From positions 18,036,087-18,100,086 of the forward strand of contig CM119266.1 in the NCBI GenBank assembly GCA_051294375.1: a stretch of DNA of 64,000 nt, in the 5' to 3' direction. Below, in pieces: positions 24,901 through 36,600 of this stretch (the first letter of the stretch is position 1; every line of letters begins with the position of its first letter). This stretch comes from Paraspadella gotoi. Its lineage: Eukaryota; Animalia; Chaetognatha. The notes under the pieces are model-generated. The model worked only from the letters and a program-made list of their open reading frames with translations, ran no database searches and was not told the origin of the DNA. The position numbers and the translations under genes were made by a program.

Positions 24901-27900
24901 CACATAAGTGGCGTCGTCGTCGTCGTCGGCCTTCCAAATTTTAGATCGACTTTTTCAGTTTTTGATGATTCAATTTGGGTGTATGTAACTAAAAATTTAT
25001 ATACAGCTTCTCATCATCAAAGTTCTTAAAATTGGGTCAGGACAGTTATTAAATATCTTTTGTTTACGTTTTATCAAAACAAACAAATTTTTTTTATGTA
25101 TCTCTCTCTCTTTTCCCCAGTGCTGATTCATAGGAAAAAAAACGAGTCTGCAGCTGGCTCTGCAGGGGGTCTTTCTTTTTCTCTCTTTTCTCCTGATGCT
25201 TCTGCCTTTTGATTTCTTTTTTTTTTCTGGCTGCCTCTGCTGCTGCCGCTGCTGATTCGTCCGAAAACGATTTGGCTTCTCTCTCTCTCTCTCTCTGCGT
25301 TTTTATTTAAAAAAACAAGTTTGAGCAAACAATGTCGGATCTGCCCATGATCATTATCAGTAATTAATGAATTAATTAATAATTAATTAATAATTAATAA
25401 TTAATTTATTCAAGTTAATTATTTAATTAATTAGGCAATTAATTAATTTGATCCAAAATGTTTGTTTTGATTGATTAATTGACTGATTAATTAATTATTG
25501 ATAAATTAATTGACTAATTGATTAATTAACTGATTAATTATTTGATTAATAATTTATAATAAACATTTATAATAAAAAGGAAAAAAAATTAGTGAAACAT
25601 CAAAACTTGATTTCCAGTTTAATCACACACTTTTTTACCCAAATATAAAATTTCAAGTCAATCGCCCCATCCACTCGTGAGTAATTAGTGTTCAAATAGT
25701 GAATTATATATATATTTTTTCCATTTAAACTCATTTCCACTCGGANNNNNNNNNNNNNNNNNNNNNNNNNACCACTCGGACGATTCCATCAAAACTTCAT
25801 ATCCAGCTGATCACACACTTCCCTACCCACACACAAAATTTCATTCCAATCCATCCATCCAATCACGAGTAATTGGAGTTTTTTGTTAAGGTGGGACGGA
25901 CGGACATCGTTTTTTTTTTTGCATAATTTATCATAATTCGATGTTCTGACATGATATAAGTGAATGCCCGACAAGATTGAGGACGGGACGACGGACCGAC
26001 AAAGTGAATTATAGAGTCGGGATCTGCTGAAAAAAATTGAATTAGGATTAAACTCGTAAAATTAGGCATCGCATCCGTGCATGTTATCATATTGCTATCG
26101 CAATATCGGGTTTTTAATTCCTTTTTTTTTCCTCTGGGGCGTGTGTCCGCTTATTAGTTTATTTGACAATGACAATTGACAATGACAAAAAATTATGAAT
26201 GAAAATTTTTTTTTTTTTTTTTTTCAGAAACTGTAACTTTAATATTCCTCAGTACTTTTTATTTTTTTAATTGACAATCGCAAAATAAATTTTTTTTCGT
26301 TTATAAATTAATTTTCTTTCTTCAATTTTATTTTTTTCTGTTTATATAATTTTCTTTTTCAAATTTTATTTTTTTAGTAACAAAATTTGTCGTCAATCCA
26401 AATATTTCTTATGCGATTGCGACGATCCTTATGCTTTTAAGATTTTTTCGTTGAATAAGGTAATCCCTTACAATGTTGGATTCCCCCAGGTTTCCGCCAC
26501 GCCCTCTCCTGCGTACACGCCGGGCGCCGCCTTCGCAAGATCCACGAGTTCCCTCCTCACTCGGCGTCGGCACTCAACTGGTTGGCTCCTGAAGTTCTGG
26601 AGCAGAACGTGCGGGCTACAACGCCAAGAGTGACATGTACAGCTTGGGGTCACAGCATGCGAGCTGGCCAACGGGGAAGTCCCCTTTCAGAGGATGGCCA
26701 CGACACAGGTGTGTGTGTGAGAGAGATTTGATTTGAATAGATTCTATTGCACCTGGAGTGGGTTAACACTCCTTAAGGGGGACATTAAGTTAAACAGTTT
26801 GATACAAAGAACGATTTTTAGGTCTACTACATTCATAATGTATATGAAACAAGTGAACTTGCTAAATATCCGGATATTAGCATCTGAGTGCTATACTCAG
26901 ATGCTAATATCCGGATATTTAGCAAGTTAAGAGAGAGAGGCGATGGCGAACGAGCGCAGAGCGTGTACAGTAGGCCGGAACAGGTTAAAAACTAGAAGTT
27001 CTCTCAAACAAATAATGGTTAAGTGACTTAGAGAATATAAAAATAAAAATAATTTTTAAAATTTATCTTATTGATTAGCGCACGGAAGCATTTAAAGATT
27101 ATTTTATTACTATATATAGTTAAAATTTTTTTTTATTTTTTCATTTTTTTAATTGATTCTGGTAGAGCTTTAATACATTTAAATTTTTTTTGTTTTATTG
27201 ATAAAAATGATAAAAAACTATAAAATTCCGCCAATGATGATGATTTTTTCAGGTTTTTTCTATTTTTAACCAATTTATTATCAAAATTTTAAATAATTGT
27301 AGTACTAACTTTTATTTAACTTTTCAAACTCTATAGGAATCCGTTCTTAAAAAATAATATTTTTAAAAATTTTGTCATTTGTTATATATTAATAAATATT
27401 TAAAAGCTTCAGTGCAACAACCCAATGAACTAAATTCAGAAAGTTGCATTGAAAATCGATTTAGTAACAGAAGGAAAAAAGTAATTTTTTTGAAAGAATT
27501 AGAAGTTATAAAAAGTGTTTAATTTTGCCCTGCCTTAGTGTAGTACAGTGTTAGCTGTTTTTGAAGTTTCCATGGTAAAAAAAAGATTAAAAAAAAATAA
27601 TACAAAAAAATAATTGTAAGATAAAATTTCGATCCTTTGATTTTAGACACAGCTTCTATAATATTTAGCCTCGAAACCTTATCATAGGCTAAATTGAAAG
27701 ATCTTGGCTTTCAAATGAACCCAAGTTTTAATTAAAAAGATGACAGACGAGCGAGATAGTAGGGGGTTCTAAGTTTATACTTTTTTTTTGACCACATCTG
27801 TAGTTTCCAATTTATTTAACTGCCTTTATTCTTTCTCGAATTTCTTCCCTTTCCCTATCGTACAATTATTTTTTACCGTATCGTCGTTCCAGGTTTTGTA

Positions 27901-29105
27901 CAACAAGTTAACGGAGAACAACGTCCCTTACCCTTTCGACTCGACTCACCCTCCGCCCGAGGATCTGCTCCAAGACTCCACATCAGGTTGCTACCTTTTA
28001 AATCAGCTCATCTCTTCTCTCCTTCTGCTCCTTAACTTCGATCCCCACTTCTTCAGACGGCTCCGCCTCGTCCTCCCGTCAACTGTGGCTCCGGCGACGT
28101 TTCACCCCCGCCCTTCACTCTTTCGTCGCCGCTTCGATCACCCATGACCAAAACCGGCGCCCTTCGGCGGCGGCGCTTCTCGGACACGTCCTCGCCAAAG
28201 GGGCGAGGAAAGCTGCGGCGTCGGGCGGGGATCCGCTGCGTGAGTTTGCTCAAGGTGAGGGAGAGCGAGGGGAGATTAGAGCAAGAGGGGAGATTAGAGC
28301 GGATTAGAGCGAGGGAGATTAGAGCGAGGGGAGATTAGAGCGAGGGGAGATTAGAGCGAGGGGAGATTGAGCGCATAGACGGGATGGAGTGTTTTTTGTC
28401 GAGGAATCTTTATGATTAATAAAAATTGTAATTAAACTTTAATTATCCGACTCAGTACCCACTACCCATCCTACATAATTCCGGTTTTAATTTTATTCTC
28501 TATCTTCTCTTCTCTTCTCTTCTCTATCATGAAAAAAAAATCAAGTCGTAAGTCGTAACATTTCTGTCACAATAAATTATGAATTAAAGCCAACGAAATG
28601 AACACGAGAAAAAATAGTCAATTAAAAAACATTTTAACTTTTGTCGACGAATAAACGGGTCGTTGTCTTGAAGAGAAGAAAAAAGAAGAAGAAAAGAGAA
28701 GAGGATCATTAATTTTCGTTAATTGAAAAACTGTCGATTTTTTTTTTTTTTTTGCGGTTTTCGCTCCTCACTTTTTCTGTCCTGGGATTTCCTCGTCTCC
28801 GTCATTTGGATTTAATTTTTTATTTAATTCTAATATTTTATTTTATAATACGAAATGGATTTCGATTTTGGAATTTGTTTAAAATATCGACTAATGCTTG
28901 ACAGTTGGCAATAGCGATGTTTTACGATTTCCGCCCTTTTCTTCCATTTTCTCATCCAGTCTCTCCCTGCCCGTGACCGACTCAAACGCCGCCAACGACC
29001 CCGCTTCCGCCTCCGCAGCTCCGCCGACTAGAGCGCCGGGGCTGCATCGGGCGCCGATCGTCCGCTCCGAGTCAGACCTCTCTCTGTTGGGACTTCGACG
29101 TTTAA
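21984..29105 (+). CDS. STRAD: STE20-related kinase adaptor (STRAD) pseudokinase; exons ~21984-22107, 23331-23457, 23550-23692, 23786-23986, 26490-26708, 27893-27986, 28057-28239, 28960-29105
   Basis: IGSGGFG, LAVRETHLD, HPGVV..AAFIADDAVW, GSARDLL, GFRHALS..IHEFP, WLAPEVLEQNVRGYNAKSDMYSLGVTACELANGEVPF, RRPSAAALLGH and C-terminal WDF match remembered STRAD motifs. A few indels break the frames. Confidence 0.92.
22124..22197. repeat. Short tandem repeat (TAGTAATAGTATTAAGATTAAGA)n
   Basis: Three visible units in STRAD intron 1. Confidence 0.8.
22208..22391 (-). mobile_element. tRNA-derived SINE copy
   Basis: Shares CACACAAGGTCCC..GGATCGGGCTGTAG..GACGCCCC and TCCTTTGGGTTGGGAGGAGT.CGTGCTACCTC with 18608-18804. 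Confidence 0.75.
22602..22720 (+). mobile_element. 5' end of a HINE/DINE-like element
   Basis: TTTTTATCTCG...CGAGAT short inverted repeat followed by a (GTT/GTC)n microsatellite. 3' end not identified. Confidence 0.4.
24155..24325 (+). mobile_element. Diverged tRNA-derived SINE copy
   Basis: TGGTGCAGGAGG, CCTCCAACCCAAA, GGAGTTCTAGCCC, GGGGCG..TAAC..TACAGCCTGATCCGAA. Confidence 0.65.
24507..24839. mobile_element. Solo LTR (333 bp), Gypsy-like 4-bp TSD
   Basis: TAGC|TGTTAGGG...CCCGACA|TAGC: TG...CA ends with short inverted termini, and AATAAA at ~24795. Confidence 0.7.
25313..26036 (-). mobile_element. Second HINE-like family nested in opposite orientation (contains the N gap)
   Basis: Absent from the 52567 copy. 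Minus strand begins TTTTTCAGCAGATCCCGAC with GTCC repeats and ends GCAGATCCGAC..GTTTGCTCAAAC-TTGTT. The same end occurs at ~6910-6940. Confidence 0.6.
25746..25770. other. Assembly gap (25 N)
   Basis: N run, with CCACTCGGA on both sides. Confidence 1.
26856..26928. repeat. Perfect 34-bp inverted repeat with 5-nt loop (also at ~34696-34768)
   Basis: AACTTGCTAAATATCCGGATATTAGCATCTGAGT-GCTAT-exact reverse complement. Confidence 0.95.
26965..27545. mobile_element. Degenerate palindromic MITE
   Basis: Mirror motifs GCACGGAAGC/GCTTCAGTGC and GATTCTGGTAGAG/CTCTATAGGAATC around ~27235. Confidence 0.45.
28262..28372. repeat. 16-bp G-rich minisatellite (GAGCGAGGGGAGATTA)n (also at 36102-36194)
   Basis: Visible tandem units just after a STRAD donor site. 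Confidence 0.9.
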
Positions 29106-30809
29106 GGAGACGCCCGTTGCCGCGCCGTCGTAAGAGTGGGCTTGGCTACGCGAAAGAAAAAACAAAGGCTTGCCACCACGACGTCAAGAAAAGAAGCTCG
29201 GCGGTGCCAAAAAAGGCGGTCGCTTGGCGCTGCACATTCACCAGAGAAAAACTCAGCGATGGTCATCCATGAGATTTGGATTCGTGTTCTATTTTTAGAT
29301 CGGACGAAAATCGTCCGCATGGGGCCCTAATTAGCGAAACTTTGTAAGTTCTTTATGCAATGTTTAAATTTGTTTTTTGCTCCAGATTTCTCCTCGAGTC
29401 AAACTTTTTTTGTTTTTGTTGTTTTTTTTTTTTTTGTTTTAAAAAGTCTTCGCCGGAAGAGATTTGACATTTGACCGTCATTTTTAGAATCGACTTTAAC
29501 AAAGAGATTCAGGTTTCGAAAAAGTTCACTTGCCCCTAAGCGCTTATCAGCTTAATCAAGTTGTCATTACTACGCTTAAAGTAATGCATTCATTCTTCTC
29601 CGCCTCCCTACCTTTTCCTCTTCGAGACTTATGTGTAAGCAAAGATTTAATTTATTTGCGACTTGTCTTACGCGTTCCAATCCCTTTTCCCAATTCTGAC
29701 CCCTCAGCACACCATGGTCATGGCCAATGGCATACCCCGCCCTGTGTCCCACTCGAATCATTTTGCTAATTTGTTTTTATTTCTTTTCATTTTTTCTTCC
29801 TCTCAGTTTATATTTAATTCATTTCAGTACTCGCTGGAGCAACTCACTTTCGGTCAGTCTATCTGTCGGTCGGTATGTCTGTCCGTCGCTCTGTTATGTT
29901 TAAAAATGCCATATAATTTTCCTATAGTTGGTTGCTCCAATGCTGATTTGTTAAGACAGAAAAAAAACTCAAATATAGGGACTGCTAGCGCCGCCTTCAG
30001 GAATGCCTTAATACTATAAGGAATAAAAGACGAAAATTTGATGCAGTGCCATGTCATAAATACACGGGCTAAGAAAGTTTTAGTCATGTCATATCATGTG
30101 ATCAAAGGGAAATACACAATTAATATAAAGTCACTGCGGCGCAACACATTGGAATTACCGTTCTTGTTAATATAATTCATCCTGACGATGAATCAGCTTC
30201 GTCTACGATAAAATTTTCCCTCACTTTTGAGAGATCTGAATCTCCCTGACGAAAAAACCTACTCGAGCCATCGTCGATTCGATTTGACGAAGTAGGTCGG
30301 AAAATGAAGACTTTATCCAAACGACGAAAAACTATAAAAATTAACTATGAATGAATTATGAATAAAACCTGAAGCTATGAATACTGAAAACTCTCGTAAA
30401 GACGGAAACGGTTGAATTTAAAAAATGACGGCCGTTTTGAAGAAACGTTGATGCACGGACTATTGTTTTACCGCCTGCTCGAACTGATAATTCGAGCTTT
30501 AATTATATTTTCGGTGCCTACATTCTCGCCCTTCGCGCGTCCTTCCTCAGAACACACAGCCTTCCTAAGCAGCAAACTCAGCTTTCCGTACTGCCTACCG
30601 CACAGCACTTCCCAAGCAGCAACGGCCTTCCGCACTGCCTTTTGACCCACCTTTTTCTTAGCACCAAACGCAGGCCTTCTCGCCTGAAGCGCAAAACCGC
30701 CTTGACTTTCAAGGATCCTTTTTTTTTTCATCGAAAACGACTTTTAAAATTGTGATCTTTTGTTCGAATACCTTTGGCTTTCGTTATCAAGAGGAGCAAT
30801 CGCCAAAAG

Positions 30810-33097
30810 ATGGCAAGCGACATCAGGAGTGGAAGCATTGCTCCCTCTGGCTTCATTCGCTTGCGGCGTCTTGCCTCCGGATCACAAGGTAAACGAGGTT
30901 TTTTTGAGCCCTTTGTCTTGTTACAAGTTCGTTACAAGTCTAGTAATTATAGTAGTACTGTAGTAATTGTCTAATGGCTACCTATCATTTAAGTAAGTAG
31001 ACAGGGATTCCATTCTCTCGTTGCTATTACCAACTACTTCCACGTTCATTTTACTTCACATTTACAATATAATAATCTCAATCCCTTGTCAAGACGACCC
31101 ACCCGGAGGCGACCGTATTCGACTTGCTCAGAATCTCCGCGACGGCGTCCTCCTCTGCCATCTCCTTAACCTCCTTTCTCCCGGCGCCGTCCGACGCCAA
31201 GGACATCTCCCAGCGCCCGCAGATGTCGCAGTTCCTCTGCCTTAAGAATCTCCGGACCTTTTTGCAGACCTGCGCCAACCGCTTCGGTCTGCAACGGGAC
31301 TCCCTCTTCGATCCTTACAATCTCTTTGACCTCACGGATTTCGGAAGCGTTGGTTCACTAAAATAAATTGTATTATGTATTATGTAATCTTTTAGTTAGT
31401 ATTATTGATTATTAATTTTTTTGGCGCACATCGGTAATGAAAGGCGAGTCGTTAAAAATTGAAATTAATGAAAGGTTCGAGTTTGTCGAGTTTTGGTTTT
31501 TGCTTTCCCCGTCAAATGGGATGTTTGACGTCATTCGTCGATTCGACGGATAGTTAACAGCGAGAAAATTTATAAAAAAAGACAGAGCCTCGTGTCAGAG
31601 GCAATGAAAAAATTCAATTCCAACTTCTCTTGTTAAAGCCGAGAAAAAAAAAATGTGAGAATAGTTCCTTCTCTCCGCCGTGACAGAGTCGTCTCTACCT
31701 TGCAAAACTCTCCAAGTCCCCCGGCACTGAAGACGCGTTTACCCGCGGATTTCCACCCGACTCCTTCCTCCCTGGATCCCGCTACGAAAGGAAAGAGAAT
31801 ACTACATGCACCTGAGAGCACTTTGCCAACGAGAACTGCATCGAGGACAGTCAGGCTTGACGACGTATACGACGTAGTCAACAAGGACGATCCCGAGGAA
31901 TCTACGAGGAAATGATTGCAGACGAGTCCGACCCAAGAAAGCCGCCTCCGAGTCGACGAGCCTTTCCTTTCGCATCCACAACGCCGACTTTTGCGCGCAG
32001 GAGCTTCTTGAGACAGAGAAAAAACTACGTCGAGGCTCTTATATTGGTGAGGAAGAGCAAAAGTAGAGGCTGCGAGAGTTGAGAATTTGTGACAAATGTG
32101 GCTTTTATGGCGCGCTTGGGCAATATTTGACATTGATGAGCATTGAGCAAAAGTGGACGCTTGTGGGCAATGTTGGGCAATTTGTGAGCATTTTTGATAA
32201 TCGTAAGCATTTTGGATAATTTTTGGAATATTAGACACATTTGGCATTATTGAACACTTGTTCTCAAATCTGCACGTTTCTGAGATATGAGAAGAACAAG
32301 TACATACAATTACATAGTTGAACGATCTGTTCTTTCTGAAAGAAAGACTTTTTTCCCCTCATGTAACCTCTATCACGTTTGCTCTTAAATTCTTTCCACT
32401 CCCCTTTGCTTCCCCTTCTCCCCCTCTTTTCCACTTCCAGGTCCACAAGAACTTCTTCCTTCCTCTTTCGCGGTTTCATCACCAAAGAAGACCGCGCGAG
32501 AAATCTTCGTCAACATCGACGAACTTCGCTGCCCTCCACACGGAATTCCTCGATGAGTCTGCAGCGGGCGACGCCTGATCGCATCTCCGCCCTGTTTCGA
32601 GAAGCACAAGGACGGATTCCTGGTCTACGGTCATTACTGTTCGTTGTTAACCAAAGCAAGGGATCACATTCAGGTCGATCACTGGTGAGTGGGTGAGGGA
32701 GGGACGCTGGTTTATTGTTGACTCACGTGCGTGGTCGAGAGACTAAGTTTCTTATCTCCTCTTCTTGCATCTTCTCCTCTCCTTTCATCTTTCCTCTCCT
32801 TTCTCTCTTCATCTCTCCTCTTCTCTCTTTTTTTTCGCGTCTTCTCTTATCCCTTTTATTAACTGTTTTCTCTTCTCTTCTCTATTCTCTCATCACAGCC
32901 AAGAGCGATCAGATCCGCGCCAAGATCTCCGAGTGCGAGAAGGAAGCGAAGAACGGGAAGTTCGACTCCGCGACATCCTCTCCGTCCGATGCAGCGGATC
33001 CTCAAGTATCCCCTGCTGCTGCCGGGATTTGGCCAAGTACAACTCCGGAGACTCACCCAGATCGAGACCGGCTGGGGTCGCCTTGGAGACGATGCAG
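30810..33097 (+). pseudogene. Partial duplicate of Vav exons 1-5 (heavily frameshifted, probably an assembly duplicate)
   Basis: Same CH/acidic/DH exons as 38620-40890 but with many indels. Confidence 0.75.
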
Positions 33098-33694
33098 GTG
33101 AGGGTCTTGTTGGGTGTTTGGTAGGTGCTCCGAGGCGGGCGATGGGTGTGAAGGGGTAGTAAAGTTTTGTATAGCAACTTGTAAATTCGTCGGTGTCGAA
33201 TCCTAACTTCTGATTAGATATGTCGCTCCGCGCTTAGAAGAAAATCAGAAAGAACGAAGCGGTTTCTGATTTTGGTTCCTAGCACTTTTTGCACCAGTAG
33301 CGCAGTAAATATTAGAAAACCATGGATGATTTCGGAAACTTCAGTGTTTGGGTTATCAATGCTGCCGGAACAAAGAAAATCCATAAAGGTTTTGACTAAA
33401 AAAATACTGAAAATAAACACGGTGCTTAGTCTGATATCAAAGAAAATCAATTTTTTTATTACCAATTAAGTCACTCGCCGAAAGTTAAAAATTTAAGATG
33501 GAACCAAAAAAGAAAATTTAACGAACGCAGAGTTTGTTTAAAAAATTGGCGTGGGAAATATGACCATTTTTTGTAATTATTTTTCAATGCGTTGAAACGA
33601 ATTGATTTGAAATGTTGCATCAACAATCAGTTGACATCATTTCTATCAGTATCTTCTCTTCTAAAATTTCAAGTCAATCGCCCCATCCACTTGT

Positions 33695-36600
33695 GAGTAA
33701 TTGGAGTTTTTTGTTAAGGTGGGACGGACGGACATCGTTTTTTTTTTTTGCATAATTTATCATAATTCGATGTTCTGACATGATATAAGTGAATGCCCGA
33801 CAAGATTGAGGAGGGACGACGGACCGACAAAGTGAATTATAGAGTCGGGATCTGCTGAAAAAAATTGAATTAGGATTAAACTCGTAAAATTAGGCATCGC
33901 ATCCGTGCATGTTATCATATTGCTATCGCAATATCGGGTTTTTAATTCCTTTTTTTTCCTCTGGGGCTGTGTCCGCTTATTAGTTTATTTGACAATGACA
34001 ATTGACAATGACAAAAAATTATGAATGAAAATTTTTTTTTTCTTTTTTTTTTCAGAAACTGTAACTTTAATATTCCTCAGTACTTTATTATTTTTTTAAT
34101 TGACAATCGCAAAATATAATTTTTTTTCTGTTTATAAATTAATTTTCTTTTCTCAAATTTTATTTTTTTTCTGTTTATAAATTAATTTTCTTTTTTCAAA
34201 TTTTATTTTTTTTAGTAACAAAATTTGTCGTCAATCCAAATATTTCTTATGCGATTGCGACGATCCTTATGCTTTTAAGATTTTTTCGTTGAATAAGGTA
34301 ATCCCTTACAATGTTGGATTCCCCCAGGTTTCCGCCACGCCCTCTCCTGCGTACACGCCGGGCGCCGCCTTCGCAAGATCCACGAGTTCCCTCCTCACTC
34401 GGCGTCGGCACTCAACTGGTTGGCTCCTGAAGTTCTGGAGCAGAACGTGCGGGGCTACAACGCCAAGAGTGACATGTACAGCTTGGGGGTCACAGCATGC
34501 GAGCTGGCCAACGGGGAAGTCCCCTTTCAGAGGATGGCCACGACACAGGTGTGTGTGTGAGAGAGATTTGATTTGAATAGATTCTATTGCACCTGGAGTG
34601 GGTTAACACTCCTTAAGGGGGACATTAAGTTAAACAGTTTGATACAAAGAACGATTTTTAGGTCTACTACATTCATAATGTATATGAAACAAGTGAACTT
34701 GCTAAATATCCGGATATTAGCATCTGAGTGCTATACTCAGATGCTAATATCCGGATATTTAGCAAGTTAAGAGAGAGAGGGCGATGGCGAACGAGCGCAG
34801 AGCGTGTACAGTAGGCCGGAACAGGTTAAAAACTAGAAGTTCTCTCAAACAAATAATGGTTAAGTGACTTAGAGAATATAAAAATAAAAATAATTTTTAA
34901 AATTTATCTTATTGATTAGCGCACGGAAGCATTTAAAGATTATTTTATTACTATATATAGTTTAAAATTTTTTTTTTATTTTTTCATTTTTTTTAATTGG
35001 ATTCTGGTAGAGGTTTAATACAACTTTTTAAATTTTTTTTGTTTTATTGATAAAAATGATAAAAAACTATAAAATTCCGCCAATGATGATGATTTTTTCA
35101 GGTTTTTTCTATTTTTAACCAATTTATTATCAAAATTTTAAATAATTGTAGTACTAACTTTTATTTAACTTTTCAAACTCTATAGGAATCCGTTCTTAAA
35201 AAATAATATTTTTAAAAATTTTGTCATTTGTTATATATTAATAAATATTTAAAAGCTTCAGTGCAACAACCCAATGAACTAATTCAGAAAGTTGCATTGA
35301 AAATCGATTTAGTAACAGAAGGAAAAAAGTAATTTTTTTGAAAGAATTAGAAGTTATAAAAAGTGTTAAATTTTGCCCTGCCTTAGTGTAGTACAGTGTT
35401 AGCTGTTTTTGAAGTTTCCATGGTAAAAAAAAGATTAAAAAAAAATAATACAAAAAATAATTGTAAGATAAAATTTCGATCCTTTGATTTTAGCACAGCT
35501 TCTATAATATTTAGCCTCGAAACCTTATCATAGGCTAAATTGAAAGATCTTGGCTTTCAAATGAACCCAAGTTTTAATTAAAAAGATGACAGACGAGCGA
35601 GATAGTAGGGGGTTCTAAGTTTATACTTTTTTTTGACCACATCTGTAGTTTCCAATTTATTTAACTGCCTTTATTCTTTCTCGAATTTCTTCCCTTTCCC
35701 TATCGTACAATTATTTTTTACCGTATCGTCGTTCCAGGTTTTGTACAACAAGTTAACGGAGAACAACGTCCCTTACCCTTTCGACTCGACTCACCCTCCG
35801 CCCGAGGATCTGCTCCAAGACTCCACATCAGGTTGCTACCTTTTAAATCAGCTCATCTCTTCTCTCCTTCTGCTCCTTAACTTCGATCCCCCACTTCTTC
35901 AGACGGCTCCGCCTCGTCCTCCCGTCAACTGTGGCTCCGGCGACGTTTCACCCCCGCCCTTCACTCTTTCGTCGCCGCTTCGATCACCCATGACCAAAAC
36001 CGGCGCCCTTCGGCGGCGGCGCTTCTCGGACACGTCCTCGCCAAAGGGGCGAGGAAAGCTGCGGCGTCGGGCGGGGATCCGCTGCTGAGTTTGCTCAAGG
36101 TGAGGGGAGATTAGAGCGAGGGGAGATTAGAGCGAGGGGAGATTAGAGCGAGGGGAGATTAGAGCGAGGGGAGATTAGAGCGAGGGGAGATTAGCCTCGG
36201 TTTTTTGTCGAGGAATCTTTATGATTAATAAAAATTTGTAATTAAACTTTAATTATCCGACTCAGTACCCACTACCCATCCTACATAATTCCGGTTTTAA
36301 TTTTATTTCTCTATCTTCTCTTCTCTTCTCTTCTCTATCATGAAAAAAAAATCAAGTCGTAAGTCGTAACATTTCTGTCACAATAAATTATGAATTAAAG
36401 CCAACGAAATGAACACGAGAAAAAATAGTCAATTAAAAAACATTTTAACTTTTGTCGACGAATAAACGGGTCGTTGTCTTGAAGAGAAGAAAAAAGAAGA
36501 AGAAAAGAGAAGAGGATCATTAATTTTCGTTAATTGAAAAACTGGTCGATTTTTTTTTTTTTTTGCGGTTTTCGCTCCTCACTTTTTCTGTCCTGGGATT

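Larger units (their letters stand above)
24850..26448 (+). mobile_element. Helentron-associated (HINE/DINE-1-like) element, split by a nested insertion
   Basis: TTTTT-ATCGTCGCAATCGC sub-TIR, nearby inverted copy, internal microsatellite, 3' GCGATTGCGACGAT plus CTTA..TAAG hairpin and T-run. Homologous to 52567-53442. Confidence 0.75.
25866..33650. repeat. Direct duplication B, copy 1 (STRAD 3' half plus Vav 5' half)
   Basis: Colinear with 33695-41436, and differences are mainly indels. Confidence 0.92.

Noticed and set aside
30246-30306. CTGACGA...GAAA hammerhead-like spacing upstream of Vav
   Set aside because: Stem II is not adjacent to the core, no stem III or NUH triplet is present, and the duplicate copy disagrees.
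31633-32247. 204-aa minus ORFs here and at 39439-40053
   Set aside because: Antisense to a Vav exon plus a degenerate intronic repeat, and the two copies do not keep the same frame.
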